From IMG/VR virus record IMGVR_UViG_3300025296_000020, positions 1-50,390 of that record: a stretch of 50,390 bases of DNA; one strand, 5' to 3'. Position 1 is the first letter of the stretch; every line of letters starts with the position of its first letter. The stretch comes from a virus (lineage: Duplodnaviria; Caudoviricetes). Below the pieces are notes generated by a model. The model worked only from the letters and a program-made list of their open reading frames with translations, was not told where the DNA came from and made no database searches. Below are positions 1 to 9,415 of this stretch, piece after piece. The position numbers were made by a program, and so were the translations under genes.

Positions 1-1
1 C

Positions 2-88
2 AAGCCGCGAGGCACTTACGGCTTCAAAAAGAAAAGCGGCGGCGTCGTCAAGAAGAAAAAGGGCGGCGCGGTGAAGAAGAAAAAGTAA
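2..88 (+). CDS. 3' end of a small Lys-rich protein (partial; ...YGFKKKSGGVVKKKKGGAVKKKK*)
   Basis: Open frame from the window edge to TAA at 86-88, translated by hand; basic, two GGxV motifs; below the ORF-track cutoff. Confidence 0.6.
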   Translation, partial: KPRGTYGFKKKSGGVVKKKKGGAVKKKK

Positions 89-97
89 CCGTCGCCC

Positions 98-247
98 ATG
101 ACCATTCGTAAAGTTTCCGGTGGACACCGGCTCGTTTCAAAGAGCGGCAAGAATCTGGGTACGTACTCGACCAGAGCGCAAGCGGTGAAGCGGGAGAAGC
201 AGGTCAACTACTTCAAGAGTAGGCCGAAGAAGCGAAGGAAATCGTGA
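98..247 (+). CDS. Small basic phage protein, 49 aa (MTIRKVSGGHRLVSKSGKNLGTYSTRAQAVKREKQVNYFKS...)
   Basis: ATG 98 to TGA 245-247, overlapping the start of the next gene; fills the gap; not in the ORF track. Confidence 0.65.
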   Translation: MTIRKVSGGHRLVSKSGKNLGTYSTRAQAVKREKQVNYFKSRPKKRRKS

Positions 248-2094
248 TGATTGGGGAAGGTGTAGCTGGTACATATGGTGGCGCTGGCGATTATGGTGGT
301 GGTGGCGGATGGGGACGTGAATTTGAAGAAGACATTATAACCGAAGACCCTACTTCATACGCACCTCAAGGTGGCATCCCCCCTTCTGTCGATGTTTCGC
401 GGGAAGGTCCCGGCGGCGGTTTTTGGGGTGGGCTGGGTAGTCTTATTAGTGGTGCCTGGGATGCAGTTAAACCGGTTTCTCTTCCCGGATGGGCCTCTCT
501 TTTGGCTGCACCCTTTACCATGGGAACCAGCCTTGTTGCTCCTAAAGTACTTTCTGGTATTGGGTCTCTTTACGACCTTTATAAGAAGGCGGAAGGAAGG
601 GGTCTTCTTCCAGAATGGACTGCTCAAGAAGGACCTTTACCAACGCAAGGTCCAGGATATACGGGACCACCTAACTTAGGCAGGCCCGACTACCAGCCTT
701 TTAGGGAGAACATACTTCAGACTCCGTTGCGAGCGCCACCGGGATATGAATCTCCGTATGATCAGGCTCCACAAGAAATGCGTGAACGAGACGTACCCTC
801 TAATATCAGAGCCACTGAAGGAGAAGGAGGGTATATCGGACGACCCGTATCACAGGCAATTCAACGACTGCGAGACAACAGGGCTACGACGAACACTCCG
901 ATTATGCCGGTCAACGTTGGTTATGGAGCAGCGTATCGGCCTCAATTACCGGCGCATACACCTAGTATGGATATAGAGGCACAAGCAAGACCCCAAGACA
1001 CTCTTCTACAAGCGGGAACTGACGTTGGTAATCCTTTGTTACAAAGGGCTGGTATGGAAGTTAAACCACCGGTTGGTTCTTGGGATTTTGGTGAGTCTCT
1101 GGGACCACTTCTGGGTCCTGAGATTCCTCTGGACCCTGGATATGAGGAACGCCACAGAGATTTAGAGCGCGACATAAAATCGTGGGACGATGAAAGAAGA
1201 TTGGACATCTTTGAAAATAAAAGCCGGAATACCATGATTTTGAAGTCCCTTTTAGATCAGCTAAAACGAGATGTGGACCCATCATATACTCCTGGTGGGG
1301 TTCTTTTTGAAGATGACCCCTATAGCGGTAGGCCAATTCGTAAGTACCAGGGTATTAATCAAGGTGGCCCCGTAGTTAAGCAGTATCAAGATGGAGGACC
1401 GGCAATGGCTGATCAAGGAATTCCTATGGAGGCCCCAGGTATTGTAGCAAGTCTCGTAGATGTGCAGCGGCACGGCAGTACGGAAGATATAGTGGGTTTC
1501 GTTCAAACGCATCGTGGGGATTTGGAGTATCTTGCTCAGATAAATGACCCCCGATTTGATATCGTCCGGTCAACTCTTATACAGTTTGGTGCGCCAGCAG
1601 TTCCTCCACCTTCTCCGCAAGGGTCCCTTTTGCCTAGCGAAAGGATCATGGAAGAAACGGTTTCTACGGTGCCTGGTTTTTTAGGAGTTGAGGACCCCGC
1701 CTTTACGCCCGGTGAGCGTATCAAAGGAGACGTTTTTCCTCCGCAAATGCAACGGGGTGGTCACGTGGGCCGTGGAACGATGGCCGGGGAGCTTGCACCG
1801 CGAGGCTCGCTTCCTGTTCGCGAAGCCGGTGAATCCATGTACGAACGGTTCAAGCGTCTGCACGGTTATGACCAGGGTGGTTACATTGGACGCGGGACGC
1901 AAGCGGGAGAAATCATGCCCCGTGGTTCGCGATCCGTGCGCGAGGAAGGTGAAACCATGTACGAACTTGCCAAGCGCCGGGAGGACGAACGGAATTATCA
2001 AGGTGGAGGACCCGTTCACCACGGCCCAAGCAGCGGGGTTCGTCGTTTGAGAGAAGCAACCCTGTCTCCGTCGATGCAGCGTAGGATATTTTGA
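244..2094 (+). CDS. Pro/Gly-rich, probably disordered virion-associated/internal protein with a 40-aa C-terminal tandem repeat
   Basis: 616-aa ORF directly upstream of the portal; repeated [YMI]xxGG motifs; no recognisable catalytic motif. Confidence 0.6.
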   Translation: MMIGEGVAGTYGGAGDYGGGGGWGREFEEDIITEDPTSYAPQGGIPPSVDVSREGPGGGFWGGLGSLISGAWDAVKPVSLPGWASLLAAPFTMGTSLVAPKVLSGIGSLYDLYKKAEGRGLLPEWTAQEGPLPTQGPGYTGPPNLGRPDYQPFRENILQTPLRAPPGYESPYDQAPQEMRERDVPSNIRATEGEGGYIGRPVSQAIQRLRDNRATTNTPIMPVNVGYGAAYRPQLPAHTPSMDIEAQARPQDTLLQAGTDVGNPLLQRAGMEVKPPVGSWDFGESLGPLLGPEIPLDPGYEERHRDLERDIKSWDDERRLDIFENKSRNTMILKSLLDQLKRDVDPSYTPGGVLFEDDPYSGRPIRKYQGINQGGPVVKQYQDGGPAMADQGIPMEAPGIVASLVDVQRHGSTEDIVGFVQTHRGDLEYLAQINDPRFDIVRSTLIQFGAPAVPPPSPQGSLLPSERIMEETVSTVPGFLGVEDPAFTPGERIKGDVFPPQMQRGGHVGRGTMAGELAPRGSLPVREAGESMYERFKRLHGYDQGGYIGRGTQAGEIMPRGSRSVREEGETMYELAKRREDERNYQGGGPVHHGPSSGVRRLREATLSPSMQRRIF

Positions 2095-2096
2095 TA

Positions 2097-4520
2097 ATGG
2101 CTGAGACCGGTCTTCCCAGAAGCAATCTTGGCGCAGCTGCGTTAATTGAACGCAGGGACGCCATTCCTCCGGTTGAATTGGAAATAGAGGACGGGGCCGA
2201 AGTCGAGGTGCAAGACAGGAGCCTCATCCAAACTCCGGACCTCAATATCGAACTGGAGGAAGACGGCGGCGTGGTGATCGACTTCGATCCCAGCGCGGTC
2301 GTTGGCGAGGAGGGCTTTTACGAGAATCTGGCCGAAACGGTGGACGACAGGGTTTTGTCGGCCATTTCTTCGACGCTGATGGACGAATACGAAAGCAACA
2401 AGAGCGGACGCAAGGATTGGGAGGAAGCCTACACTATCGGATTGGAGCTTCTTGGCTTCAAGTATGAAGACCGGGTTGAACCGTTTCGGGGAGCAACCGG
2501 CGTAACGCATCCGCTTTTGGCCGAAGCGGTGACGCAGTTTCAGGCCCAGGCTTTCGGGGAGATGCTTCCCGCAGGGGGGCCTGTTCACACCAAGATTATG
2601 GGTAAGATAGACCCGGCTGTCGAAGATCAGGCGGAACGGGTGCGTCATTACATGAACTATCAGCTTACCTGCGTGATGACGGAATACACGCCGGAAGTTG
2701 ACCAGATGTTGTTTTATCTGCCGCTGTCCGGATCTACCTTCAAGAAGGTCTATTACGACGAATTCCTGGGACGGGCAGTCAGCAAGTTCGTTCCGGCGGA
2801 AGAGTTGATCGTTCCGTACACGGCGACGGATTTGGAGACGGCTGAAAACGTGACGCACGTTATTCAGTTGTCGGAGAACGAATTACGCAAGAAGCAGGTG
2901 GCTGGTTTCTATAAAGACGTTCCGGTGACGCCTCACCAGAAAGACCAGTCCCAGGTACGGGACGAGATGGACGACATCAGCGGCATTGAGCCGACCTTTT
3001 TAGATAGGGACGCGACTTTGCTGGAGTGCCACGTCAATCTGGATATCGAAGGCTATGAAGACCGCGACGAGGCCGAAGAGCCTACGGGAATTAAGCTGCC
3101 TTATATCGTTACCGTGTCGGAGGACAATAGTACGGTTTTAAGCATTCGTCGCAACTGGAACCCCGACGATCCCAAAAAGACCAAGATCCAGTATTTTGCC
3201 CACTTTAAATTCCTGCCGGGGTTTGGCTTCTATGGCCTGGGACTGATTCACATGATTGGCGGTTTGAGCCGCACGGCGACGGCGGCACTTCGCCAGTTAA
3301 TCGACGCCGGTACGCTTTCAAACCTTCCCGCCGGGTTCAAGGCCAGAGGTCTACGCATCCGGAACGACGACGAACCGCTGGCTCCCGGCGAATTCAGGGA
3401 CATCGACGCACCGGGTGGCGCTATTCGCGATTCATTGATGCTGCTGCCTTACAAAGGGGCGGATCAGACGTTGTTCCAGTTGATGGGTTTTTGTGTCGAT
3501 GCGGGACGGCGGTTTGCAGCCGTTTCCGATATTCAGGTTGGTGACGGCAACCAACAGGCGGCGGTGGGAACGACGATTGCGCTTTTGGAACAGGGCGCGA
3601 AAGTCATGTCCGCTATTCACAAACGGTTGCATTATGCCCAGAAAGAGGAGTTCATGCTGCTGGCGCGGGTGTTTGGGGAGTCTCTTCCGCCCGAATATCC
3701 TTATAACGTGGTAGGTGCAGAACGCACCGTTAAAGCAAAGGACTTTGATGATCGTGTCGATATTATCCCGGTTTCGGACCCGAATATCTTCTCAATGTCG
3801 CAGCGTATCACACTGGCTCAAACGGAGCTTCAGCTGGCGCAATCTGCGCCGGATCTTCACAACATGTATGAAGCATACCGTCGCATGTATAAAGCGATTG
3901 GCGTCCCGGACGTGGACAACATTCTCAAGCCTGTGGACCAGGGTGATCCAAAGCCTAAAGATCCGGCGTTAGAGAATTCGGAATCCCTGGAAAATCTGCC
4001 TCTTATGGCCTTTGAGGGGCAAAACCATAACGCGCACATCATGGCTCATATGGTGTTCGGTTCCTCTTCCATGGTGGGTCAGTTACCCGGCGTAACGATG
4101 GCGTTGCAAAAGCACGTGATGGATCACGTTTCGTTGAAGGCGAAGGAGCAGGTTTATACTGAATTGTCGCCACAGCTTGGTGGCCGCGAGCCTACGCCGG
4201 AAGAAATGATGCAGATTGAATCCCAGGTCGCGCAATTAATTGCAGAAGGTATGCAGGAGCTAAAAGCATTGAGTAATCAGATAAGTGGAGAGACTTCACA
4301 AGATCCGTTGATTGCCTTGAAAGAGAAGGATCTGGAAATTAGGGCACGACGGGATGCCAACGAATCCGCTATGGACAAGGAGCGGTTGCAGCTGGAAGAG
4401 CAGAAAGCCGCCATTAATGCAGATCTTGGCGAGAAACGCATACAATCGGCAGAAGATATCGCAGACGCCCGCATTAACGCGGCTCGCGAACGTGAGTTGA
4501 TGAAACAGAGACAGCAGTAG
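2097..4520 (+). CDS. Portal protein (podovirus/P22-like type)
   Basis: ~807 aa; motifs HPLLAEAVTQFQAQAFGE, GSTFKKVYYD, FLPGFGFYGLGLIH, LRQLIDAGTLSNLPAGFK, coiled-coil C-terminus; head-module position. Confidence 0.9.
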   Translation: MAETGLPRSNLGAAALIERRDAIPPVELEIEDGAEVEVQDRSLIQTPDLNIELEEDGGVVIDFDPSAVVGEEGFYENLAETVDDRVLSAISSTLMDEYESNKSGRKDWEEAYTIGLELLGFKYEDRVEPFRGATGVTHPLLAEAVTQFQAQAFGEMLPAGGPVHTKIMGKIDPAVEDQAERVRHYMNYQLTCVMTEYTPEVDQMLFYLPLSGSTFKKVYYDEFLGRAVSKFVPAEELIVPYTATDLETAENVTHVIQLSENELRKKQVAGFYKDVPVTPHQKDQSQVRDEMDDISGIEPTFLDRDATLLECHVNLDIEGYEDRDEAEEPTGIKLPYIVTVSEDNSTVLSIRRNWNPDDPKKTKIQYFAHFKFLPGFGFYGLGLIHMIGGLSRTATAALRQLIDAGTLSNLPAGFKARGLRIRNDDEPLAPGEFRDIDAPGGAIRDSLMLLPYKGADQTLFQLMGFCVDAGRRFAAVSDIQVGDGNQQAAVGTTIALLEQGAKVMSAIHKRLHYAQKEEFMLLARVFGESLPPEYPYNVVGAERTVKAKDFDDRVDIIPVSDPNIFSMSQRITLAQTELQLAQSAPDLHNMYEAYRRMYKAIGVPDVDNILKPVDQGDPKPKDPALENSESLENLPLMAFEGQNHNAHIMAHMVFGSSSMVGQLPGVTMALQKHVMDHVSLKAKEQVYTELSPQLGGREPTPEEMMQIESQVAQLIAEGMQELKALSNQISGETSQDPLIALKEKDLEIRARRDANESAMDKERLQLEEQKAAINADLGEKRIQSAEDIADARINAARERELMKQRQQ

Positions 4521-4529
4521 GAGAAAGTT

Positions 4530-4721
4530 ATGGCTAAAGACAAAAAAGGCGACGGTGTTGGCGTCATTCGCAAGGGGCAAGTGATTAAGGGCCAGGGGTT
4601 TGTTCCTTATAACGGTCCTAAAGAAGTGTCCACTCCCGATGTTTCCAAGGGGGATATGCGGTATGTCAAAAAGCGTGGCATGGGCGCTGCATTAAGGGAC
4701 GATTATTTTTACGACTGTTAA
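4530..4721 (+). CDS. Small phage protein with RGMGAA motif
   Basis: 63-aa ORF with AGGAG SD upstream, directly after the portal. Confidence 0.65.
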   Translation: MAKDKKGDGVGVIRKGQVIKGQGFVPYNGPKEVSTPDVSKGDMRYVKKRGMGAALRDDYFYDC

Positions 4722-4725
4722 CCTT

Positions 4726-5043
4726 GTGGCCGCTGCGAAAACAACGCCTCGTTCCAAGCGATATGACGTGGATGGGGATGATATTGTCAGTGACGAGGAA
4801 CTAGCAACCGTTAAAGCTATTAACGAACACCAGACAGCGGAGGAAAAAGCCGACGCCCAACGCCATATGGCGTGGGTTGCAATGATTTCGATGATTGTGT
4901 TCACAGTGATGGTCTTTTTGCCGATATTCCCCGATACACGCATTAATGCGCTATCTGACCTGTTTGGCTTGTTTTATATCGGCCAAGCGGGGGTGGTAGG
5001 CGCATATATGGGTATGACGGCCTATATGAATGGCAAACGTTAA
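4726..5043 (+). CDS. Two-TM membrane protein with EF-hand-like loop (holin-like candidate)
   Basis: DVDGDDIVSDEE loop followed by two hydrophobic segments; adjacent to the 3TM holin-like gene. Confidence 0.55.
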   Translation: MAAAKTTPRSKRYDVDGDDIVSDEELATVKAINEHQTAEEKADAQRHMAWVAMISMIVFTVMVFLPIFPDTRINALSDLFGLFYIGQAGVVGAYMGMTAYMNGKR

Positions 5044-5522
5044 TGATCAGTTTGCTGGGCACGTTAATGGGCTTTGGAACCTCCATAATTCCGGAGATTC
5101 TTGGGTATTTTAAGCAAAAACAAGCTGATGCTCATCAATTGGAAATGCTCGCCGCACAGGCTCAATATGCAGAGCAACTTTCAAAGTTGAAAGTGCAGGA
5201 GCTTGACGCTCAAGCGGAAATTGAAGAAACCAAGGGACTTTACGCGCATGATAGAAGTATCGATTCTGGCAAATTTATCAATAGTTTGCGGGGTTCTGTG
5301 CGCCCTGTTGTTACTTACCTCTTCTTCTTGATGTTTTCAGCCACAAAAGGAACGCTGATCTATGCAATGATCGTCAACCAGAACCTGGATTGGACGATTG
5401 CCGTGGATATGGCGTGGGACCAGGAGACGGCGGCAATTTTTAGTGCAATTTTGGCATTTTGGTTTGGGAATCGGGCCATGTCGAAAGCCAGGGCGTGGCA
5501 GATTGAGAAAAAACGGGCATGA
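5043..5522 (+). CDS. Holin of 3TMs (GTA holin-like)
   Basis: N-terminal hydrophobic stretch, coiled coil, LRGSVRPVVTY and AFWFGNR motifs typical of the family. Confidence 0.7.
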   Translation: MISLLGTLMGFGTSIIPEILGYFKQKQADAHQLEMLAAQAQYAEQLSKLKVQELDAQAEIEETKGLYAHDRSIDSGKFINSLRGSVRPVVTYLFFLMFSATKGTLIYAMIVNQNLDWTIAVDMAWDQETAAIFSAILAFWFGNRAMSKARAWQIEKKRA

Positions 5523-5635
5523 GGACATGGTTGATCAGCCTTTTTTGGCTTTTTATGATTATAGGATTGATGTTTCTTCTTATGGCTTGTCAAGTAACGA
5601 TACCCGTTGATTTTGGGAAAATTGGAGGACTTTAG
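5519..5635 (+). CDS. 38-aa putative lipoprotein (MRTWLISLFWLFMIIGLMFLLMAC-QVTIPVDFGKIGGL)
   Basis: ATGA overlap with the holin stop, ends flush with the next start; signal-peptide shape with LMAC lipobox-like motif; not in the ORF track. Confidence 0.5.
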   Translation: MRTWLISLFWLFMIIGLMFLLMACQVTIPVDFGKIGGL

Positions 5636-5824
5636 GTGGACGGTATTTTACTGGCCCAGCATCTCAACAAGATGATAGACGAACGAAGGGCCAGGATTAG
5701 TGAAATGCTCTTGAGTGGCTCTATCAAAGATATCAGCGAATACAAACAATTGGTTGGTTCTATTGAAAGTTTAGATTATATAAGAGATGAAATAAGAGAA
5801 ATCCTGGACAAAACAGAGGAATAA
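5636..5824 (+). CDS. Small helical hypothetical protein upstream of GroES-like gene
   Basis: 62-aa ORF, GGAGG SD upstream. Confidence 0.7.
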   Translation: MDGILLAQHLNKMIDERRARISEMLLSGSIKDISEYKQLVGSIESLDYIRDEIREILDKTEE

Positions 5825-5825
5825 A

Positions 5826-6260
5826 ATGCCTGAAGCAACACAAGACGACACGGTCGTATCTTTAAAGGATGCTTATATAGCCGTCGAGGAGAAGATCCTT
5901 GATCCCGACAAAATAGAGGATTCCTCATTGGAGCGACTTCCCAAGCCTACGGGGTGGCGCTTGTTGATCCTGCCGTATCGTGGAAAAGGAAAAACAGAAG
6001 CTGGGATATTCTTGCCGGATACCGTGGTAGATCGTGAAGCGGTAGCCACGGTGTGTGGTTATGTTTTACGCACCGGACCTTTGGCGTATAAGGACGAGGA
6101 AAAATTTCCCAACGGCCCCTGGTGCAAGGAAAAGGATTGGATCATTTTTGGAAGATATGCTGGCGCTCGTTTTAGGATTGACGGTGGCGAGGTACGCATA
6201 TTGAACGACGACGAAGTCATAGCCGTCATACAGGACCCTGAAGATATCCTGCATATTTAA
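5826..6260 (+). CDS. groES: GroES/Cpn10-like co-chaperonin
   Basis: PTGWRLLILP...KTEAGIFLP...G.VLRTGP...IIFGRYAG...RILNDDEVIAV matches the Cpn10 pattern. Confidence 0.85.
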   Translation: MPEATQDDTVVSLKDAYIAVEEKILDPDKIEDSSLERLPKPTGWRLLILPYRGKGKTEAGIFLPDTVVDREAVATVCGYVLRTGPLAYKDEEKFPNGPWCKEKDWIIFGRYAGARFRIDGGEVRILNDDEVIAVIQDPEDILHI

Positions 6261-6274
6261 CATGGAGAAGTCCC

Positions 6275-7180
6275 ATGCCTGAATCTAAAGAGCCTTTAGT
6301 CGATCTTCCAAGTGAAGGAGATCCCGTATCCGTTGTAATAGACGAGGAACCCGTCCAGGTTGAAAGTAAAACCGTTGCTGTCTCCCAGGAAGACGATTCC
6401 GACGAGCATGTGGACTACAGCAAAAAAGTTCAGAAGCGCATCGACAAGTTGACCAAAAAGGTGCGTGAGGCTGAACGGCAGCAAGAAGCTGCAATCCATT
6501 ATGCCCGTAACGTTCAACAGGAAAACTCGCAGCTTAAAACCCGCGTCAACAGCTTGGACGAAGGGTATGTGAGCGAGTACGGGGATCGGATTGCCTCTCA
6601 GTCCGAAGCTATTTCCAAGGATCTGGAAACAGCCATAGCGACCAACGACACCACGGCTCAAGTCGATTTGAATAAGAAGCTGGCACAGTTGGCGGTTGAA
6701 GAAGAGCGTGTGCGAGCGGCGAAAGCGGAACAGGCCCGTTTGCAACAAATGGCCGCGCAAGCACCCGCCCAAGCGGCTCCCCAAATGCCGCAAGCTCCGG
6801 TTCGCCCTGATCCAAAGGCCGAAGCGTGGGCTTCTGATAACGATTGGTTCGGTGAAGATGAGGCTATGACGTTCGCAGCTTTCGGAATTCACAAGAAACT
6901 GATCGAAGAGGAAAACTTTGACACAAATTCTCCTGCATACTATGCTGAAATCGATAAACGGATTCGGGAAGCTTTTCCTCATAAGTTCAATGGAGGAGCA
7001 GATATTCCCATTTCAGAAGGACGCCGTCCTCAACAGGCCGTCGCCTCTGCCACTCGTTCTAGCAAAGCTGGACGCAAAACAGTGAGACTTTCTCCTAGCG
7101 AGGTAGCGATTGCTACAAAGCTGGGTGTTCCATTAGATGAGTACGCGAAACACAGTCTACGACTTAAAGAAGCAACGTGA
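6275..7180 (+). CDS. Putative capsid scaffolding protein
   Basis: Acidic N-terminus, long coiled coil (VQKRIDKLT), C-terminal LSPSEVAIATKLGVPLDEYAK; upstream of capsid genes. Confidence 0.7.
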   Translation: MPESKEPLVDLPSEGDPVSVVIDEEPVQVESKTVAVSQEDDSDEHVDYSKKVQKRIDKLTKKVREAERQQEAAIHYARNVQQENSQLKTRVNSLDEGYVSEYGDRIASQSEAISKDLETAIATNDTTAQVDLNKKLAQLAVEEERVRAAKAEQARLQQMAAQAPAQAAPQMPQAPVRPDPKAEAWASDNDWFGEDEAMTFAAFGIHKKLIEEENFDTNSPAYYAEIDKRIREAFPHKFNGGADIPISEGRRPQQAVASATRSSKAGRKTVRLSPSEVAIATKLGVPLDEYAKHSLRLKEAT

Positions 7181-7668
7181 TGGAGAATGGTATTATGACT
7201 GATACAACGACTGATCGGACTCCACGCGCTTCCAAGACTCGCGCTTCCAAGACGGAGCGTAAACCTTGGGCACCCCCGTCTTTATTAGACGCGCCTAATC
7301 CACCAGAAGGCTTTGTACACCGTTGGATAAGAGCCGAAGTTAGGGGTTTTGATGATCGTAAGAATATTTCCGCCAAAATGCGAGAAGGGTGGGAATTGGT
7401 GCGAAAAGACGAATACCCTGATTTTGAGGCTCCGACTATGGACAGCGGTAAGTATGAAGGTGTCTTTGGAGTGGGTGGGTTGTTGCTGGCTCGTATCCCG
7501 ATTGAGACTGCTGAAGAACGGAAGGAATATTTTCGGCAACAAAGCGCCGATGCTATGCAAGCCGTTGACAACGATCTTATGAAGGAAAGCCAGCATCATT
7601 CGATGGCTATTCAGAAACCTGAACGCCAATCGCGTGTATCATTTGGTGGTCCTAGTAAAAGTGAATAG
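7177..7668 (+). CDS. Head-module hypothetical protein (PPEGFVHRWIR motif)
   Basis: 163-aa ORF between scaffold and capsid genes. Confidence 0.65.
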   Translation: MMENGIMTDTTTDRTPRASKTRASKTERKPWAPPSLLDAPNPPEGFVHRWIRAEVRGFDDRKNISAKMREGWELVRKDEYPDFEAPTMDSGKYEGVFGVGGLLLARIPIETAEERKEYFRQQSADAMQAVDNDLMKESQHHSMAIQKPERQSRVSFGGPSKSE

Positions 7669-7712
7669 GATCTCTTTTTTGTAACCTCTGCTTTGTTTAA
7701 GGAGCAAATGGT

Positions 7713-8375
7713 ATGGCTAACACTCAAAAGGCGTTTGGAATGCGTCCCATTTCGATTGAGGGAACGGCTTCCAACACCACTGGGTTTTCCAACTATACCA
7801 TGTATGAAATTGCTAACGGAAACACTAATGCGATTTACCAGGGTATGCCCGTCATTCCTCTTGCTACCGGTTATATTGACCGGTGCGGAGCAGCGGCTGG
7901 CGGTTCGGTAAGTCAACTTGGTGTGTTCTGGGGCTGTGAATACGTGGATTCGACAACCGGAAAACCCACTTGGAAAAACTATTGGCCCGGTTCCGGTGCC
8001 GATAGTAATCACCCCATTAGAGCGCAAGTCTATGACAATCCTAGTCAAGTCTTTGTGATTTGTTCGGATGCGTCTCTAACAACGAAGGCTACTTTACGAG
8101 GGCATGTTTTCTCTAATGCGCCCTTTAGTTCAGAGTCTAACTATGGGGCACAAGATGGCTCGACAACGACAGGCCTATCTGCGGCACAGCTAGGCGTGGC
8201 AGGTATCAATACTACCAATACTCTTGCACTGAGAATTCTGGGTTGGAGTGAAGATCCCGACAATCAGGATTTCACGGCTTCGGGCATTGGAGTAATGGTG
8301 CGGTTTAATAATCATTTCAACGCTGGTGCCTCTTCAGTTAATGCCGGTACTACTATTTCGACAACCGGCTTGTAG
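7713..8375 (+). CDS. Putative capsid decoration/cement protein
   Basis: 220 aa, Gly/Thr/Ala-rich, directly upstream of the major capsid gene; AAGGAG SD. Confidence 0.6.
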   Translation: MANTQKAFGMRPISIEGTASNTTGFSNYTMYEIANGNTNAIYQGMPVIPLATGYIDRCGAAAGGSVSQLGVFWGCEYVDSTTGKPTWKNYWPGSGADSNHPIRAQVYDNPSQVFVICSDASLTTKATLRGHVFSNAPFSSESNYGAQDGSTTTGLSAAQLGVAGINTTNTLALRILGWSEDPDNQDFTASGIGVMVRFNNHFNAGASSVNAGTTISTTGL

Positions 8376-8387
8376 GAGGGCTGACAC

Positions 8388-9296
8388 ATGGCTATTTCAC
8401 GCGCACAACTTGTTAAAGAGCTAGAACCCGGCCTTAATGCTTTGTTTGGTCTTGAGTACGATCAGTATGACGACGAAAGCAGGATGATTTTCGATATGGA
8501 AACATCTGACCGTGCTTTTGAAGAAGAGGTCATGCTGAGTGGCTTTGGAGCCGCCCCGACGAAGAGCGAAGGCACTGCTGTTACTTATGACGATGCACAG
8601 GAAGTCTACACGGCTCGTTACACGATGGAGACGATTGCTTTGGCATTCTCCATTACGGAAGAAGCTGTGGAAGACAACCTGTATGATCGTTTGTCTGCAA
8701 GGTATACGAAAGCACTGGCTCGTAGCATGAGCCAAACCAAGCAGGTCAAAGCGGCGGCAGTTCTCAATAACGCTTTCGACAGCACCTACACAGGTGGTGA
8801 CGGTCTTGAGCTTTGCTCAACCGCTCATACTCTTCTTAACGGAAACACCTTCCGGAACGAGCTTTCAACAGCAGCGGATCTTAATGAGACTAGCCTTGAG
8901 CAAGCTCTCATTGATATTGCTGGTTTCGTTGATGAGCGCGGGCTGAAGGTTGCTGTTAAGGGGACGAGAATGATTGTTCCAAAGGAACTTCAGTTCACCT
9001 CTGATCGTCTGCTTGAATCGACCTTGCGTCCAGGTACGGCGGATAACGACATAAATGCTATTCGGAACATGGGTATGCTTCCGGAAGGTTATGCCGTTAA
9101 CCATTTCCTTACCGACACGGATGCGTGGTTTATTCGGACGGATGCTCCTAATGGCTTGAAGGGCTTTAATCGGACTGCCGTTAGGACTTCGATGGAAGGT
9201 GATTTTGACACCGGTAACGTTAGGTATAAGGCTCGCGAACGCTACGTGTTCGGTTGGTCTGATCCTCGCGGTGTCTTCGGATCACCTGGAGCATAA
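8388..9296 (+). CDS. Major capsid protein (Mu gpT-like, HK97 fold)
   Basis: MAISRAQLVKELEPGLNALFGLEY start, EDNLYDRLSARYTKALARSM, NHFLTDTDAWF, GDFDTGNVRYKARERY; strong AGGAGG SD; followed by a terminator. Confidence 0.9.
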   Translation: MAISRAQLVKELEPGLNALFGLEYDQYDDESRMIFDMETSDRAFEEEVMLSGFGAAPTKSEGTAVTYDDAQEVYTARYTMETIALAFSITEEAVEDNLYDRLSARYTKALARSMSQTKQVKAAAVLNNAFDSTYTGGDGLELCSTAHTLLNGNTFRNELSTAADLNETSLEQALIDIAGFVDERGLKVAVKGTRMIVPKELQFTSDRLLESTLRPGTADNDINAIRNMGMLPEGYAVNHFLTDTDAWFIRTDAPNGLKGFNRTAVRTSMEGDFDTGNVRYKARERYVFGWSDPRGVFGSPGA

Positions 9297-9304
9297 ACCG
9301 GGTT

Positions 9305-9331
9305 TGGAGGGGGTTCGTCCCCCTCCATTTC
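9305..9331 (+). terminator. Intrinsic terminator after the capsid gene
   Basis: TGGAGGGGG(9305-9313)-TTCGT-CCCCCTCCA(9319-9327) stem-loop followed by a short TTT tract. Confidence 0.7.
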
Positions 9332-9333
9332 CT

Positions 9334-9410
9334 CTGGGAGCATTTTAGCCCTAGCGACTGTCCCAGCAGACGCTTACGAAGACTCTAGGGCGAAACCTTT
9401 CGTAAGGAGG
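9334..9410 (+). ncRNA. Double-pseudoknot structured RNA downstream of gpT-like capsid (Mu-gpT-DE-like motif candidate)
   Basis: Three interleaved perfect helices: CTGGGA 9334-39/TCCCAG 9361-66; GCCCTAG 9348-54/CTAGGGC 9385-91; CTTACGAA 9373-80/TTCGTAAG 9399-9406; family name assigned from position and recall only. Confidence 0.65.
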
Positions 9411-9415
9411 TACTC

